DNA from: Scyliorhinus canicula
Lineage: Eukaryota
NCBI RefSeq assembly: GCF_902713615.1
Contig: NC_052162.1
Coordinates: 132,270,653 to 132,334,652, forward strand
Direction of reading: 5' to 3'
Length of the DNA stretch: 64,000 bases
A model generated the notes under the pieces. It made no database searches. It saw nothing but the letters and a program-made list of their open reading frames with translations, and was not told the DNA's origin. Shown piece after piece: positions 35,800 through 47,056 of the stretch. The position numbers and the translations under genes are program-made. Numbering within the stretch: the first letter of the stretch is position 1; each line of letters starts with the position of its first letter.

Positions 35800-37590
35800 G
35801 TGAACTGACCTATTAATCTCACTCCATTGCTCTTTCCCAATAGTCTGCTAAAATGTTTGAGAGTCCAAGATTCATGACGCCACAGAATGAGATCATTCAG
35901 CCCATTAAGCCCATGCCAGCTGTCTGCAGAACAATCCAATCTGCCCCATCTCCCCACTCTATCCCTGTGAATATATTTCCCTCAAATGGCCATCTAATTC
36001 CTTTGAAAGTGATTGATTACTGCCCTCTTTGGCAGTGGTTTCCATGTATCCAGTTGAAGGAGGGGGAAGAACTCTCTTTTCAATGGAGAGAAAGCAGGAA
36101 GGAAAGGTACATTCAGATGTTCCATTCGTTATCTCTCCAATTCCCTTTTTGAATATCCCTATGGAATCTGCTCCTTCCACCATTTCAGGCAGCATATTCC
36201 AGAATACAGGAATGACTGTTTCAATGATCCTTCATCACGTCTTATCTGGATAATGTTTGAAAGATTCCCCCCCCCTCCCCAGTGCCCTCAGGATGATTGG
36301 TCTGTGATGTGTGAAATAATCCTGCTATTAATTTTCCCCCTGAGGAACAAAAGGAGGCCATTTATTCCGTCGAGCGTGCTCCACCATTCAATTCCTTCAT
36401 GTCATTGGTCTCCAGAAATAAGAGCTTCCGCAACCTTCTGGGGTCGAAATTTCCAAAGCTTCACCTCACTCTGAGTGAAGAAATCCCTCCTCATCCCAGT
36501 CTTTCCCTGAAATTATGTTCCCTTGTTTTAGTCTCACTGGTTGGGGGAAACATCATGGGCGGGATTCTCCGGCCTCGCAGCCAATTGTTTCTCCCAGCCT
36601 GTCATTCCTCAAAACCCACTGGAATGCCGACCCGGTCTCCTCAATCTCACCTCATAAAACAATCCCACCATCCCAGGGAATAGTCTGCTCCATGTTTGCA
36701 CTCCTTCGATGGGAAGTATATCCCATTTCGAGCCTAGATGACCCTTTGCCAAAGGGTCGCAACATTAGCTCTTTTCTCTCCCTACAGATACTGCCAGACC
36801 CGCCGAGATATTCCAGCATTTTCCCTTTGGTTTCAGATTCCAGCATCCGCAGTAATTTGCTTTTATGGAAGTATATCCCTCCTTAGATAAGGAGACCAAA
36901 CTGTAGACAGTGTTGAGGTGAAGTCTCACCAGGCTCTCGACATCTGCATCAAGACATCCTTACTCCTGTACTCAAATGCCCTCACTATGAAGGGCCAACA
37001 TACCATTTACCCTCCTCATTGCTTGTTGCCCTGCATGCTAACCTTTAGTGACACATGAACAAGGACATCCAGGTCCCTTTGGGCACCTGAACCTCCCAAC
37101 CTCTACCGTCTGCCTTTCTGCTTTTCCTACCAAAGTGACTAACTTTATCCTTATTCACATCTGCCACATTGCAGCCACTCACTCAGCCTGTCCCAGTCCC
37201 CTGGAAGCTCCTTCCATTCTCCTCACAACTTGTGTCTCCCCCAGTTTGGTATCATCGGCAAATTTAGAAAATTAGACTTTATCTCTGCCCCACATCCAAA
37301 TCATTGATGTAGTTTGTGAACAGCAGTGACCCCAGCACGGATCCCTGCGTTACCCCACTAATCAGAGCCTGCTATCCGGAGAATAATAATAATAATCACT
37401 TATTGTCACGAGTAGGCTTCAATGAAGTTACTGCGAAAAACCCCTAGTCGCCACATTCCGGCGCCTGTTCGGGGAGGCCGGTACGGGAATGATCCGATTA
37501 TTCCCACTCTGCTTCCTGTCTGATAACCAATTCTCAGTGCAGCATACTATATTTCTCCCATTGTATCCTCTCAATGTCATTCCGATTTTA
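35800..37590 (-). mobile_element. Decayed CR1 LINE fragments with small insertions
   Basis: CR1 3' tails and RT remnants on the minus strand (for example GTATCATCGGCAAATTTAG, which encodes KFADDT). A SINE fragment lies at 37385-37490. Confidence 0.65.
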
Positions 37591-37689
37591 AAAATCTCTT
37601 TTCCCGCTCCCCCCACCCCATTCAACCTAAGCGATTAATCCCGGGATATTTTAAATATCTGCCCAATACAGACAGAGGCTCGAGCAGAG

Positions 37690-38022
37690 AGGGAGAGACT
37701 GACTAGAGAGGGAGAGACTGACTCATTCACAGAGAGAGTGAGAGAGACTGACACTGACCCATTCACAGAGAGAGAGAGAGAGACTGACACAGACCCATTC
37801 ACAGAGAGAGAGAGAGAGACTCACACAGACCCATTCACAGAGAGAGAGAGACTGACACTGACCCATTCACAGAGAGAGGGAGAGAGACTGACACTGACCC
37901 ATTCACAGAGAGAGAGAGAGAGACTGACACTGACCCATTCACAGAGAGAGAGAGAGAGACTGACACAGACTCATTCACAGTGAGAGAGAGACTGACACTG
38001 ACCCATTCACAGAGAGAGAGAC
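37690..38022. repeat. GA-rich minisatellite (GACTGACACTGACCCATTCACA(GA)n)
   Basis: Directly visible. Confidence 0.9.
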
Positions 38023-39994
38023 CAAGTAAGAAAAATGTGAACAAAGAAAAGTGGGAAAAAAAGGAGAAAGAAAAATGGCGTTAAAAAAGGAGATTAACAG
38101 ATGAGAAGAAAGAAATGAAGGAATTTAGGAAGTGGAACCAAGGGACTAAATTCAGACAAGCTGCTGATCAATAATCACTGCTAAAAACATGGTGAAAATC
38201 AACTGGGCACGGGAAATGTTTGCCCAATTTTCAACATCTTTCTGCTGAGGAGGAAGGTGAATTAGGACCGCACAGACTGAGGTATTTTATTCCAGTTCAA
38301 TAAAGCCCTCACTCAGTGTTTGTGCCCAGTGATGTTCCCATCGCACAGTCTGTGTTAGAATCAAACACTCCAGGCTCGACGTTCACCTCGGGCAGTGACA
38401 CAAAATGGGTGGTGATCGGGTGGCCTGCTTTTTGTCCACAGCGCCTGTTATTCACTTCCATAGTTGTAAATTGAATTAAATATCAGGTGCTGGGTATGAT
38501 GGGCAGCCAATATGATACCACCCATGTTGTGCCACCAGCCGAGATGTATTTCTGCACCGTGGGATCCAGGTGCTGAGACCCGGTACAATGAAAGTTTGCT
38601 GTGTGTTTTTTCCAAAATGAATCTGGGTAAAGTTCCTCTGGGGGACATATTGAAATCATCATTGTCCCTTTCTGTTAATTTAATTAATGATATTGTTGCA
38701 ATAAACCAATTCAATGCAGAAAAGTAATTATGGATAGAACCTGGGAGAATTTCACTGTTCCCAGAAATATTTAGTGACCACAATTCCCTTCACAAATCCC
38801 TCTCTCAGCTAACCCGGCAGGTTTGGAGATGTCAATGAAACTCCTTTACCTCGAATAGACCAGAAATCTTAACCTGAAAAAGGATCATCTCATTTCTCAC
38901 ACACCCAACTTAAATTTGGGATATTGCCTCTGTTAAAAGCAGCGATCAGCCTGAATATTAAACCTTGTTACACTCACACTGCAAACATCTTATTCCCTCC
39001 TATTGGACTCACTCTCATGGTGATATTTAATTATTGAGTTAATATATTTGTATGAATTTCACAGTCCAATGCGTGAATGCAAAAAATTGTAAACATTGAA
39101 ACAGCGAACAGAAAAATCAGATTCCGATAAATTAACAATGAACAGGTCCATTACTGTCATTCCCAGGAAAATATTCAACCACACAGAAACCCTTCCAGCT
39201 CCCAACCCTCGAGTGTGGCTTCAGTTTGAGCTGAAATCTCAGAGGCCAGAGATGATTTAAACTCTATCGAGAGGTCCGACATCACAGAGAGTTAAACAGT
39301 TATTGTCAAAGTGCTAATAAAATCCTGTCTCAATAAGACACAATCTTATTCCACATGCCGTCTGTTTCCTGTCCGTCCGGACAATTCACTGGTTTATGCT
39401 GTAAACTTGTTAGGATGAGGCATTTTTAACAATCACAAATCCCTGTTTGTCACCCTGTGGAAACCATTTTCCCTCCGGGATCACTAAACTGTCAAGTCAA
39501 ACATGGAACGTATTCCATGTTCCAGCCATGTTAGAACTGAAATAAATAAAACTTTAAACTGTGACACTATCTGTTCAATCGCAGCACAATTGGATGATGT
39601 GTTTTATTTAGATTTTAACAGAATCCTAATCCACCTGCAAAATTCCTGAAATCCAAAATCACCAAACCTGTCCCAAGATAAAATGTTCTGAAAACTACCA
39701 TCTGAATCAAGCAGAACACATTAAACAGATCCTGAATCTTTATTAGATTCTGGGAATCAATTCTGTGGAGTTAAATCTAAACCTTTGAGAGTAAATCCAG
39801 TTATCAGATTTCAGCTCCAATTCCTGGGTCTATTCTCGACTCGACAGAAATCCGCCTCTCTCAGATAGAATCATCTAATTGTTCCAAATATCTCACTGAT
39901 TTCAGGTGAATCATACACTGCACCTGAATTATTAAATTCACAAATAACAGAAAATAAATATTCGATAAGGAAGGAATTGAGACGTTTGTCTTAC

Positions 39995-40042
39995 CTGATG
40001 TTACTTCCACCAAGGTTCCGCTGCCCCAGTAGTCAAAGTAGT
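39995..40042 (-). CDS. IgW JH segment (DYFDYWGSGTLVEVTS)
   Basis: Contains the WGxG motif and ends at the donor TCA G|gtaaga. Confidence 0.96.
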
Positions 40043-40080
40043 CACTGTGCTCCGTCTGTCCTTCACCCCATACAATAACT
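40043..40080. other. J recombination signal (heptamer CACTGTG, 22-bp spacer, nonamer ACAATAACT)
   Basis: Heptamer 40043-40049, nonamer 40072-40080. Confidence 0.9.
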
Positions 40081-40418
40081 GAATATGTCCACGATATGTA
40101 ATAATCTCAGGGTAATGCAGATATAAACCGGGTTTTAACCTGGAGCAGCAGTTTCCTGTATTTTGATCCGGAATTCCATCCTAACCCTGTTCCAAATGTA
40201 TGAACAAATGAAGTATTTTTGCAGTTTTCCTGTCTGTGAACACCAGATCCTGCACGTTACTGAGAATCAGAATCACCTCCTTTTTGTCCTTTATTTTCCC
40301 AGAAATCAACATTTTCCTCCAACAATCCAAGTCAGTGTTTAGATATTTCACTCTGGGAAACATGAATGTGGAATCCATGGACACAGACTCTGATACACAC
40401 GGTCATTTGTGGTGAGGG

Positions 40419-40484
40419 AGTTTGTGGCAAGCTCTCTATCGCTGTGGTTCCAGTATCACAGTGCTTCACCCCAGATCATAAACC
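40419..40484 (-). other. D3 segment (ATACTGGAAC, 40447-40456) flanked by 12/12 RSSs
   Basis: V-facing RSS: CACAGTG-12-TCATAAACC. J-facing RSS: CACAGCG-12-CCACAAACT. Confidence 0.8.
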
Positions 40485-40821
40485 ACGGCTATAAGATCCA
40501 GCCCAAAATAAAATGTCCCAGACACGTGTCCAGGAGCTTTATTAACTCCTCAGACTGTATCCGGGTGTCCCCCACGCACCAGGTGTCAAACTCGGGGGTA
40601 TTTCAGGACTTTACAGGAAGATGAGTGAATCCACACGGAGTTTTCATTGTTCTTCATCCACTCGCTGTTACTCTCTGTTATTCCCCATTTCAAATAATCT
40701 CTTCACAGAAAGTTGTTCACACCCAGATTATTGAATCAGGATCTGATTTATATCCACGAGGCATGAGGTAAAGGTGGTGATATCGCCCGAAGGGTCCAGT
40801 TTCAATCACTTTCCTGTGGCA

Positions 40822-40901
40822 GGTTTTTGAATGGAGGGTTCCCCCATCTCTCTCACTGTGCCACCCATATAGACACTGTGATACACTGCCGTACATTAAC
40901 C
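40822..40901 (-). other. D2 segment (TCTATATGGGTGG, 40861-40873) with 12/23 RSSs
   Basis: V-facing RSS: CACTGTG-12-ACATTAACC. J-facing RSS: CACAGTG-23-TCAAAAACC. Confidence 0.9.
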
Positions 40902-41215
40902 TCCTCCCCTTTCACTGTCACTGAGTCCAGTCACTTCACATTGAAACCACATTCACACTGCTACAAGGGAGCAATCCTCTTCTCTCATTCACACTCACCA
41001 TGGTTTGGGCTGTGGTGTTTCAGTGGATCAGTTCCTGGATCAGTGATCTGAAGGTCTGGGTTTAATAATCCAGAAAATCCCTTGTTTATTCCCTCTTTTG
41101 GTGTTTGGGAATTCCACTTTAAACATCCGGGGAAAAGCTGGGATCAGTAAAAGTGACCATGAAACTGTTGGATGGTCAGAAAATCCCAACAGGTCAAATC
41201 CTGAACTCGTCCGTC

Positions 41216-41712
41216 AGTGACTCCAGTCTGGTCTGTGGGTGACTCCAGTCTGGTCTGTCGCTGACTCCAGTCTGGTCTGTGGGTGACTCCAGTCTGGTCT
41301 GTGGGTGACTCCAGTCAGGTCTGTGGGTGACTCCAGTCTGGTCTGTGGGTGACTCCAGTCTGGTCTGTGGGTGACTCCAGTCTGGTCTGTGGGTGACTCC
41401 AGTCTGGTCTGTGGGTGACCCCAGTCTGGTCTGTGGGTGACTCCAGTCTGGTCTGTGGGTGACTCCAGTCTGGTCTGTCAGTGACTCCAGTCTGGTCTGT
41501 CGCTGACTCCAGTCTGGTCTGTCGCTGACTCCAGTCTGGTCTGTGGGTGACTCCAGTCTGGTCTGTGGGTGACTCCAGTCTGGTCTGTGGGTGACCCCAG
41601 TCTGGTCTGTCGCTGACTCCAGTCTGGTCTGTGGGTGACTCCAGTCTGGTCTGTGGGTGACTCCGGTCTGGTCTGTGGGTGACTCCAGTCTGGTCTGTGG
41701 GTGACTCCAGTC
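41216..41712. repeat. 22-bp minisatellite (GACTCCAGTCTGGTCTGTGGGT), about 22 units, between D1 and D2
   Basis: Directly visible. Confidence 0.95.
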
Positions 41713-42004
41713 CCACACTCAATGCCGTTGACTGTTAGCTGCCCTCGGAAGGGGTTTGTCAGTCTCTCAGTTACCATCACTTTCTCAGGGTAACGAGGAT
41801 TAGAGAACAAATGTCCGTCTGGACAGTGATGTCTTCATCCACTCGCTGTTCCTCTCTGTTATTCCCCATTTCTAATAATATCTTCACAGAAAGTTGTTCA
41901 CACACCCAGATTATTGAATCAGGATCTGATTTATATCCACGGGGCATGAGGTAAAGGTGGTGATATCGCCCGAAGGGTCCAGTTTCAATCACTTTCCTGT
42001 GGCA

Positions 42005-42084
42005 GGTTTTTGAATGGAGGGTTCCCCCATCTCTCTCACAGTGCCACCCATATAGACACTGTGATACACTGCCGTACATTAACC
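42005..42084 (-). other. D1 segment (TCTATATGGGTGG, 42044-42056) with 12/23 RSSs
   Basis: V-facing RSS: CACTGTG-12-ACATTAACC. J-facing RSS: CACTGTG-23-TCAAAAACC. Confidence 0.9.
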
Positions 42085-42421
42085 TCCTCCCCTTTCACTG
42101 TCACTGAGTCCAGTCACTTCACATTGAAACCACATTCACACTGCCACAAGGGAGCAATCCTCTTCTCTCATTCACACTCACCATGGTTTGGGCTGTGGTG
42201 TCTGCCTGAACATTGATATCTTTCAGACCAGGTTCCTGTCAGACCGCAGGGTTCCCATCACATCACCAGCTCAGGAATCGCCAGCCAATAATCACATTCC
42301 CATTCCCAGGGGCGGCAGATCCCAGCTCAGTCAGGATGGGAATGAAGCTGTGCTGATAACTGAGGGTTAGTGATCATTCCTCCCCTTTCACTCATTCCAC
42401 TGGCTGCAGATTGTCTGACTG

Positions 42422-42460
42422 AGTTTTTGTCCCAGTCCAGCCCTGCTTCCTCTCACTGTG
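42422..42460 (-). other. V recombination signal (CACAGTG-23-ACAAAAACT)
   Basis: Directly follows the YYCAR codons. Confidence 0.96.
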
Positions 42461-42755
42461 TGTCTAGCACAGTAATAGATGGCCGTGTCGTCCACTCTCA
42501 GATCGGAGATTTGGATGTAAGCGGTGTTGCTGACCACAGATGGAGTAAATCGACCTTCAACTCCAGGTGCGAACCCTCCAGGATTGTTATCATGATACAG
42601 TAACCATTCCAGCCCTTTCCCAGGGATCTGTTTCACCCAGTGGATATAGGTGCTGCTGATGGTGAACCCACTGACTGCACAGGACAAGCTGACAGACTCC
42701 CCCGGCTTTTTCACAACTGACTCGGGCTGGGTCAGCACAAAATCGGACCAGGCAC
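42461..42755 (-). CDS. IgW VH exon
   Basis: ttaacag|GT GCC TGG TCC, then DFVLTQPESVVKKPGESVSLSC...HWVKQIPGKGLEWL...DTAIYYCAR. The frame is open and both Cys and the Trp are present. Confidence 0.97.
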
Positions 42756-42873
42756 CTGTTAATAAAAGAGAAAAAGAGAATTCACTTCAATAAACCCGTT
42801 GGATAAACAGAGGGTGAAAGAGTCTCTGAATAACCAGCCTCTCTGTGTGGGGGTGAAGCCCCGGAACTCTCAC

Positions 42874-42919
42874 CTGTCACACACAGCAGAAGCACACAGA
42901 GATAAGGAGCAATCCCCAT
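42874..42919 (-). CDS. VH leader exon (MGIAPYLCVLLLCVT/G)
   Basis: Hydrophobic signal peptide with donor ACA G|gtgaga, phase 1 matching the V acceptor. Confidence 0.93.
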
Positions 42920-42939
42920 CGTCCTGGGGATTCAGACAC

Positions 42940-43094
42940 TGACTCAGACACTCCAGAGATCGGCTGCTTCACAGCGACTTGGTTTGGAGCTGGAGTGGGT
43001 GCTGTTTAAATAGGGAAGTGGAGGGAGTGAGGGTCCCACAGTTTAAACAGCAGCTCCACCCACTGAAACCAGCACAGCTTCCTGTCTCCGCCCC
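42940..43094 (-). promoter_or_regulatory. Putative VH promoter (TATTTAAA at 43012-43005, ETS-like GGAAGT, GC box)
   Basis: TATA-like motif about 86 nt upstream of the ATG. No octamer is seen in the ~340 nt upstream. Confidence 0.45.
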
Positions 43095-43279
43095 AGCACA
43101 CATTTCAATAATCGACAAGTTATTTACTGATACAACAGGAGGCAGATTAGCAGAAATAATAAGATTAAAGATCCACTCACACTTTGACATGCTTTTTTCC
43201 AGAGTTAAATAGTTTGGTTACACCAGAAAAAGTGTGATATAATTCAGTGAACAGATTACACTGCACCCTCGGAAGAAGG

Positions 43280-44050
43280 GACAGACACACCAGTCAGCAT
43301 ATAGATATCTCCCTGAGAGAGAGGGGACTGAGAGACACCAGTCAGTGTACAGATATCTCCCTGAGAGAGAGAGGGGACTGAGAGACACCAGTCAGTGTGC
43401 ATATATCTCCCTGAGAGAGAGGGGACTGAGAGACACCAGTCAGTGTACAGATATCTCCCTGAGAGAGAGAGGGGACTGAGAGACACCAGTCAGTGTGCAT
43501 ATATCTCCCTGAGAGAGAGGGGACTGAGAGACACCAGTCAGTGTACCGATATCTCCCTGAGGGAGAGAGGGGACTGAGAGACACCAGTCAGTGTACAGAT
43601 ATCTCCCTGAGAGAGAGGGGGGACTGAGAGACACCAGTCAGTGTACAGGTATCTCCCTGAGAGAGAGGGGACTGAGAGACACCAGTCAGTGTACAGATAT
43701 CTCCCTGAGGGAGAGAGGGGACTGAGAGACACCAGTCAGTGTACAGATATCTCCCTGAGGGAGAGAGGGGACTGGGAGACACCAGTCAGTGTACAGATAC
43801 CTCCCTGAGGGAGAGAGGACTGAGAGACACCAGTCAGTGTACAGATATCTCCCCGAGAGAGGGGGGACTGGGAAACACGAGTCAGTGTACAGATATCTCC
43901 CCGAGAGAGGGGGGACTGGGAAACACGAGTCAGTGTACAGATATCTCCCTGAGAGAGAGAGGGGACTGGGGGACACCAGTCAGTGTACAGATATCTCCCT
44001 GAGGGAGAAAGGGGACTGAGAGACATCAGTCAGTGTACAGATATCTCCCG
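43280..44050. repeat. 47-50-bp minisatellite (GAGAGACACCAGTCAGTGTACAGATATCTCCCTGAGAGAGAGGGGACT), about 16 units
   Basis: Directly visible. Confidence 0.95.
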
Positions 44051-44898
44051 GAGACAGAGTAGACTGAAATTGTTGTGGAAGGCAATGTGCTGAGGCAGTG
44101 AGATTGTGGACATGCCGGAAGGATTTGATGGGAAGGATCCTTCTCACTACCAGCCCAGTGAAAATAAATTCTGTCTTTGGGCGCATCGTCCCCATCCTGG
44201 GAATAAATTACAAACAGAGATAGTTGATCGAAGGTGGATTATAAACTCCTCACCAGTTGTCTTTCCCAAGGTCTGGACAATGAACATGACATATGTCTGG
44301 GTGTTGGGAAAGGCCCCTCCCACTGTCCTGTTCAGTGGTCAGTCTGAGAGAGGCAGCTCTTTTGATGCAGAGTTTTCAGGGACAGGACACAGACACCCAG
44401 AGAGGGTTTGGGAAACAGAAGCTCCTCAGTCAGGTGGGCAGCCAAATGATGCCCAATTCTGAGCGTCGCACTTCAGGGAAACGTGAATACCTCAGAAAGG
44501 ATCCAGAGGAGGATTTTACCAGGATGTTTCTGGGGATGAGGGACTTCAGTTGTGAGAAGCCTGAAATGTTTGGACTGTGGCAGAAGGCAGAGAGTGGGGA
44601 TAAAAGGGTCTTTTTCAGGATGGCAGCCGGTGACTAGTGGTGTGCCTCAGGGGTCTGTGCTGGGACCACAACTTTTCACAATATACATTAATGATTTGGA
44701 AGAAGGAACTGAAGGCATTGTTGCTATGTTTGCAGATGATACAAAGATCTGCAGAGGGACAGGTAGTATTGAGGAAGCAAGGGGGCTGCAGAAGGATTTG
44801 GACAAGCTAGGAGAGTGGGTAATGAAGTGGCAAATGAAATCCAATGTGGAAAAGTCTGAGGTTATGCACTTTGGAAGGAGGAATTTAGGCATAGACTA

Positions 44899-45141
44899 TC
44901 GTGGCGATCCAACCACTGTATATATGTGTGCTTACAGTAGGGGGATGTATGGCCGTACCTGCATTATAGGTTTCTCCGGTAAGCCCCTGCCGGCTAGCTC
45001 CGCCCACAGGGAGCAGTATAAATATTCGTAAGTTTCACTGAGATGCCATTCTACAGCTGCCGCCTGAGGAATAGCATCTCACTGTAATAAAGCCTCTCTT
45101 GTACATCACTCGAGTCTTTGTGTACAATTGTTAGCCTTACA
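44899..45141 (+). mobile_element. 243-bp solo LTR
   Basis: ACTA target-site duplication (44895-98 and 45142-45), ends in ...ACA, TATAAATA at 45018, AATAAA at 45086. Confidence 0.75.
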
Positions 45142-45577
45142 ACTATTTTCTAAATGGGGAAATGCTGAGGAAATCAGAAGCACAAAGGGACTTGGGAGTC
45201 CTTGGTCACGATTCTCTTAAGGTTAATGTGCAGGTTCAGTCGGCAGTTAAGAAGGCAAATGCAATGTTCACATTCATGTCAAGAGGGCTAGAATACTGGA
45301 CCAGGGATGTACTTCTGAGGCTGTATAAGGCTCTGGTCAAACCCCATTTGGAGTATTGTCAACAGTTTTGGGCCCCGTATCTAAAGAAGGATGTGTTGGC
45401 CTTGGAAAGGGTCCAGAGGTGGTTCACAAGAATGATCCCTGGAATGAAGAACTTGTCATATGAAGAACGGTTGAGGACTCTGGGTTTGTACTTGTTGGAG
45501 TTTAGAAGGATGAGGGGGGATCTTATTGAAACTTACAGGATACTGTGAGGCCTGAATTGAGTGGACGTGAAGATAAT

Positions 45578-46134
45578 GGGCGGAAGTTTCCGACACCCCG
45601 AGAATCGCCCGGGGCCGGTGTCAATCCCGCCCCCGCCGTGGCCCGAATTCTCCGCCACCCGGGAATCGGCGAGGGCGGGAATCACGCCACGCCGGTTGGC
45701 GGGCCCCCTGTGGCGATTCTCCGGCCCGCGATGGGCCGAAGTCCCGCCGCTGACAGGCCGTTCCCGCCGGCGGGAATCAAAGCACACCTGGTGCCGGCGG
45801 GATTGGCGATGGGGCGGGTGCCGGGGTCCTGGGGGGGGGAGGGGGGGGGCGCCGGGCGATCTGGTCCCGGGGGGTGCCCCCACGGTGGCCTGGCCTGTGA
45901 TCGGTGCACACTGATCAGCGGGCGGGCCTGCACCGTGGGGGCCACACTTTTTCTTCCGCCCCGCCATGGCCTTCACCATGGTGGGGGCGGAAGAGAACCC
46001 CCTCCGCTGTGCAGGCACCGGTATGACGTCAGCAGCCGAATTCCGCACCTTTGGGGAGGCCCAACGCCGGAGTGGTTCACGCCTCTCCGTCCCGCCGGGA
46101 CCCCTGCCCCACTGGGTAGGGGAGAACCCCGGCC
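45578..46134. mobile_element. MITE of the GGGCGG-TIR family with 3-bp TSD (AAT)
   Basis: Removing the element and one AAT restores the CR1 reading VDVKIMFPFVG. Confidence 0.8.
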
Positions 46135-47056
46135 AATGTTTCCATTTGTAGGAAAAACTAGAACCAGAGGTCACCATCTCAGAACAAAGGGACAATCCTT
46201 CAAAACTGATATAAGGAGGAATTTCTTCAGCCAGAGGGTGGTGAATCTGTGGAACTCTTTGCCGTGGAAGGCTGTGGAGGCCAAATCACTGAGTGTCTTT
46301 AAGACAGAGATAGATAGGTTCTTGATTAACATGAAGATCAGGGGTTATGGGGAGAAGGCAGGAGAATGGGGATGAGAAAATATCAGCCGATTGGATGGCG
46401 GAGCAGACGCAATGGGCTGAGTGGCCTAATTCTGCTCCCATGTCTGTGATCTTATGTTCTCTTTGGAATCTCTGGAATTCCTTCCTTAAACCTCTCCACC
46501 TCGCTCCCCTCCTTTAAGACATTTGTTCAATCATAACTCATTGACCAAGTGTTTGGTCATTTGTCCCAATAGCCCCTCGTGTGGCCTGGTGTTAAATTTT
46601 GTTTGAGAAAGTTCCTGTGAAACATTGTGGGAGGTTTTACTGTGTTAAAGGTGCTATATAGACACAGGTTGGTGGAAATGAGAAGGTTCAGGGATGATTT
46701 GATAGACAGATGAATAAAGACAAACTATTCCCTCTCGTGAGTGACTCAATAAAGTGATTGAAAATCATTGACAAAAGATCGAGAAGGTCGAGGAGGAGAA
46801 TTGTTTTCACTCCGAGAGTTGTTGGGATCTGGAATGGTCTCTGTGAAAAGATGGTGGAAGCTGATCTGATAAATAATGTTTCAAAAGGAGTTAGACAGCG
46901 ACCCGCGGAGGAGGAACTGAGGGTTACAGACAAAAAGCAGGAGCGAGGGATGAAGCATGACTGCTCTGTCAAAGAGCTAGCACAGGTATGATGGGCAGAA
47001 TGGCCTCCTACTGTGCTGGAAGGTTCTGGGATTCTAATTTGCAACTTGAATCAAAG

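Larger units (their letters stand above)
44620..46450 (+). mobile_element. CR1 LINE RT and 3' end, interrupted by a solo LTR and a MITE
   Basis: Motifs [27 protein letters not shown] and FFSQRVVNLWNSLP. Confidence 0.9.

Noticed and set aside
11832-42919. IgM or IgNAR identity
   Set aside because: There are six CH exons (IgM has four, IgNAR five). V has a full FR2 (WVKQ..GLEW), and CH1 and the Cys-rich short tail are present.
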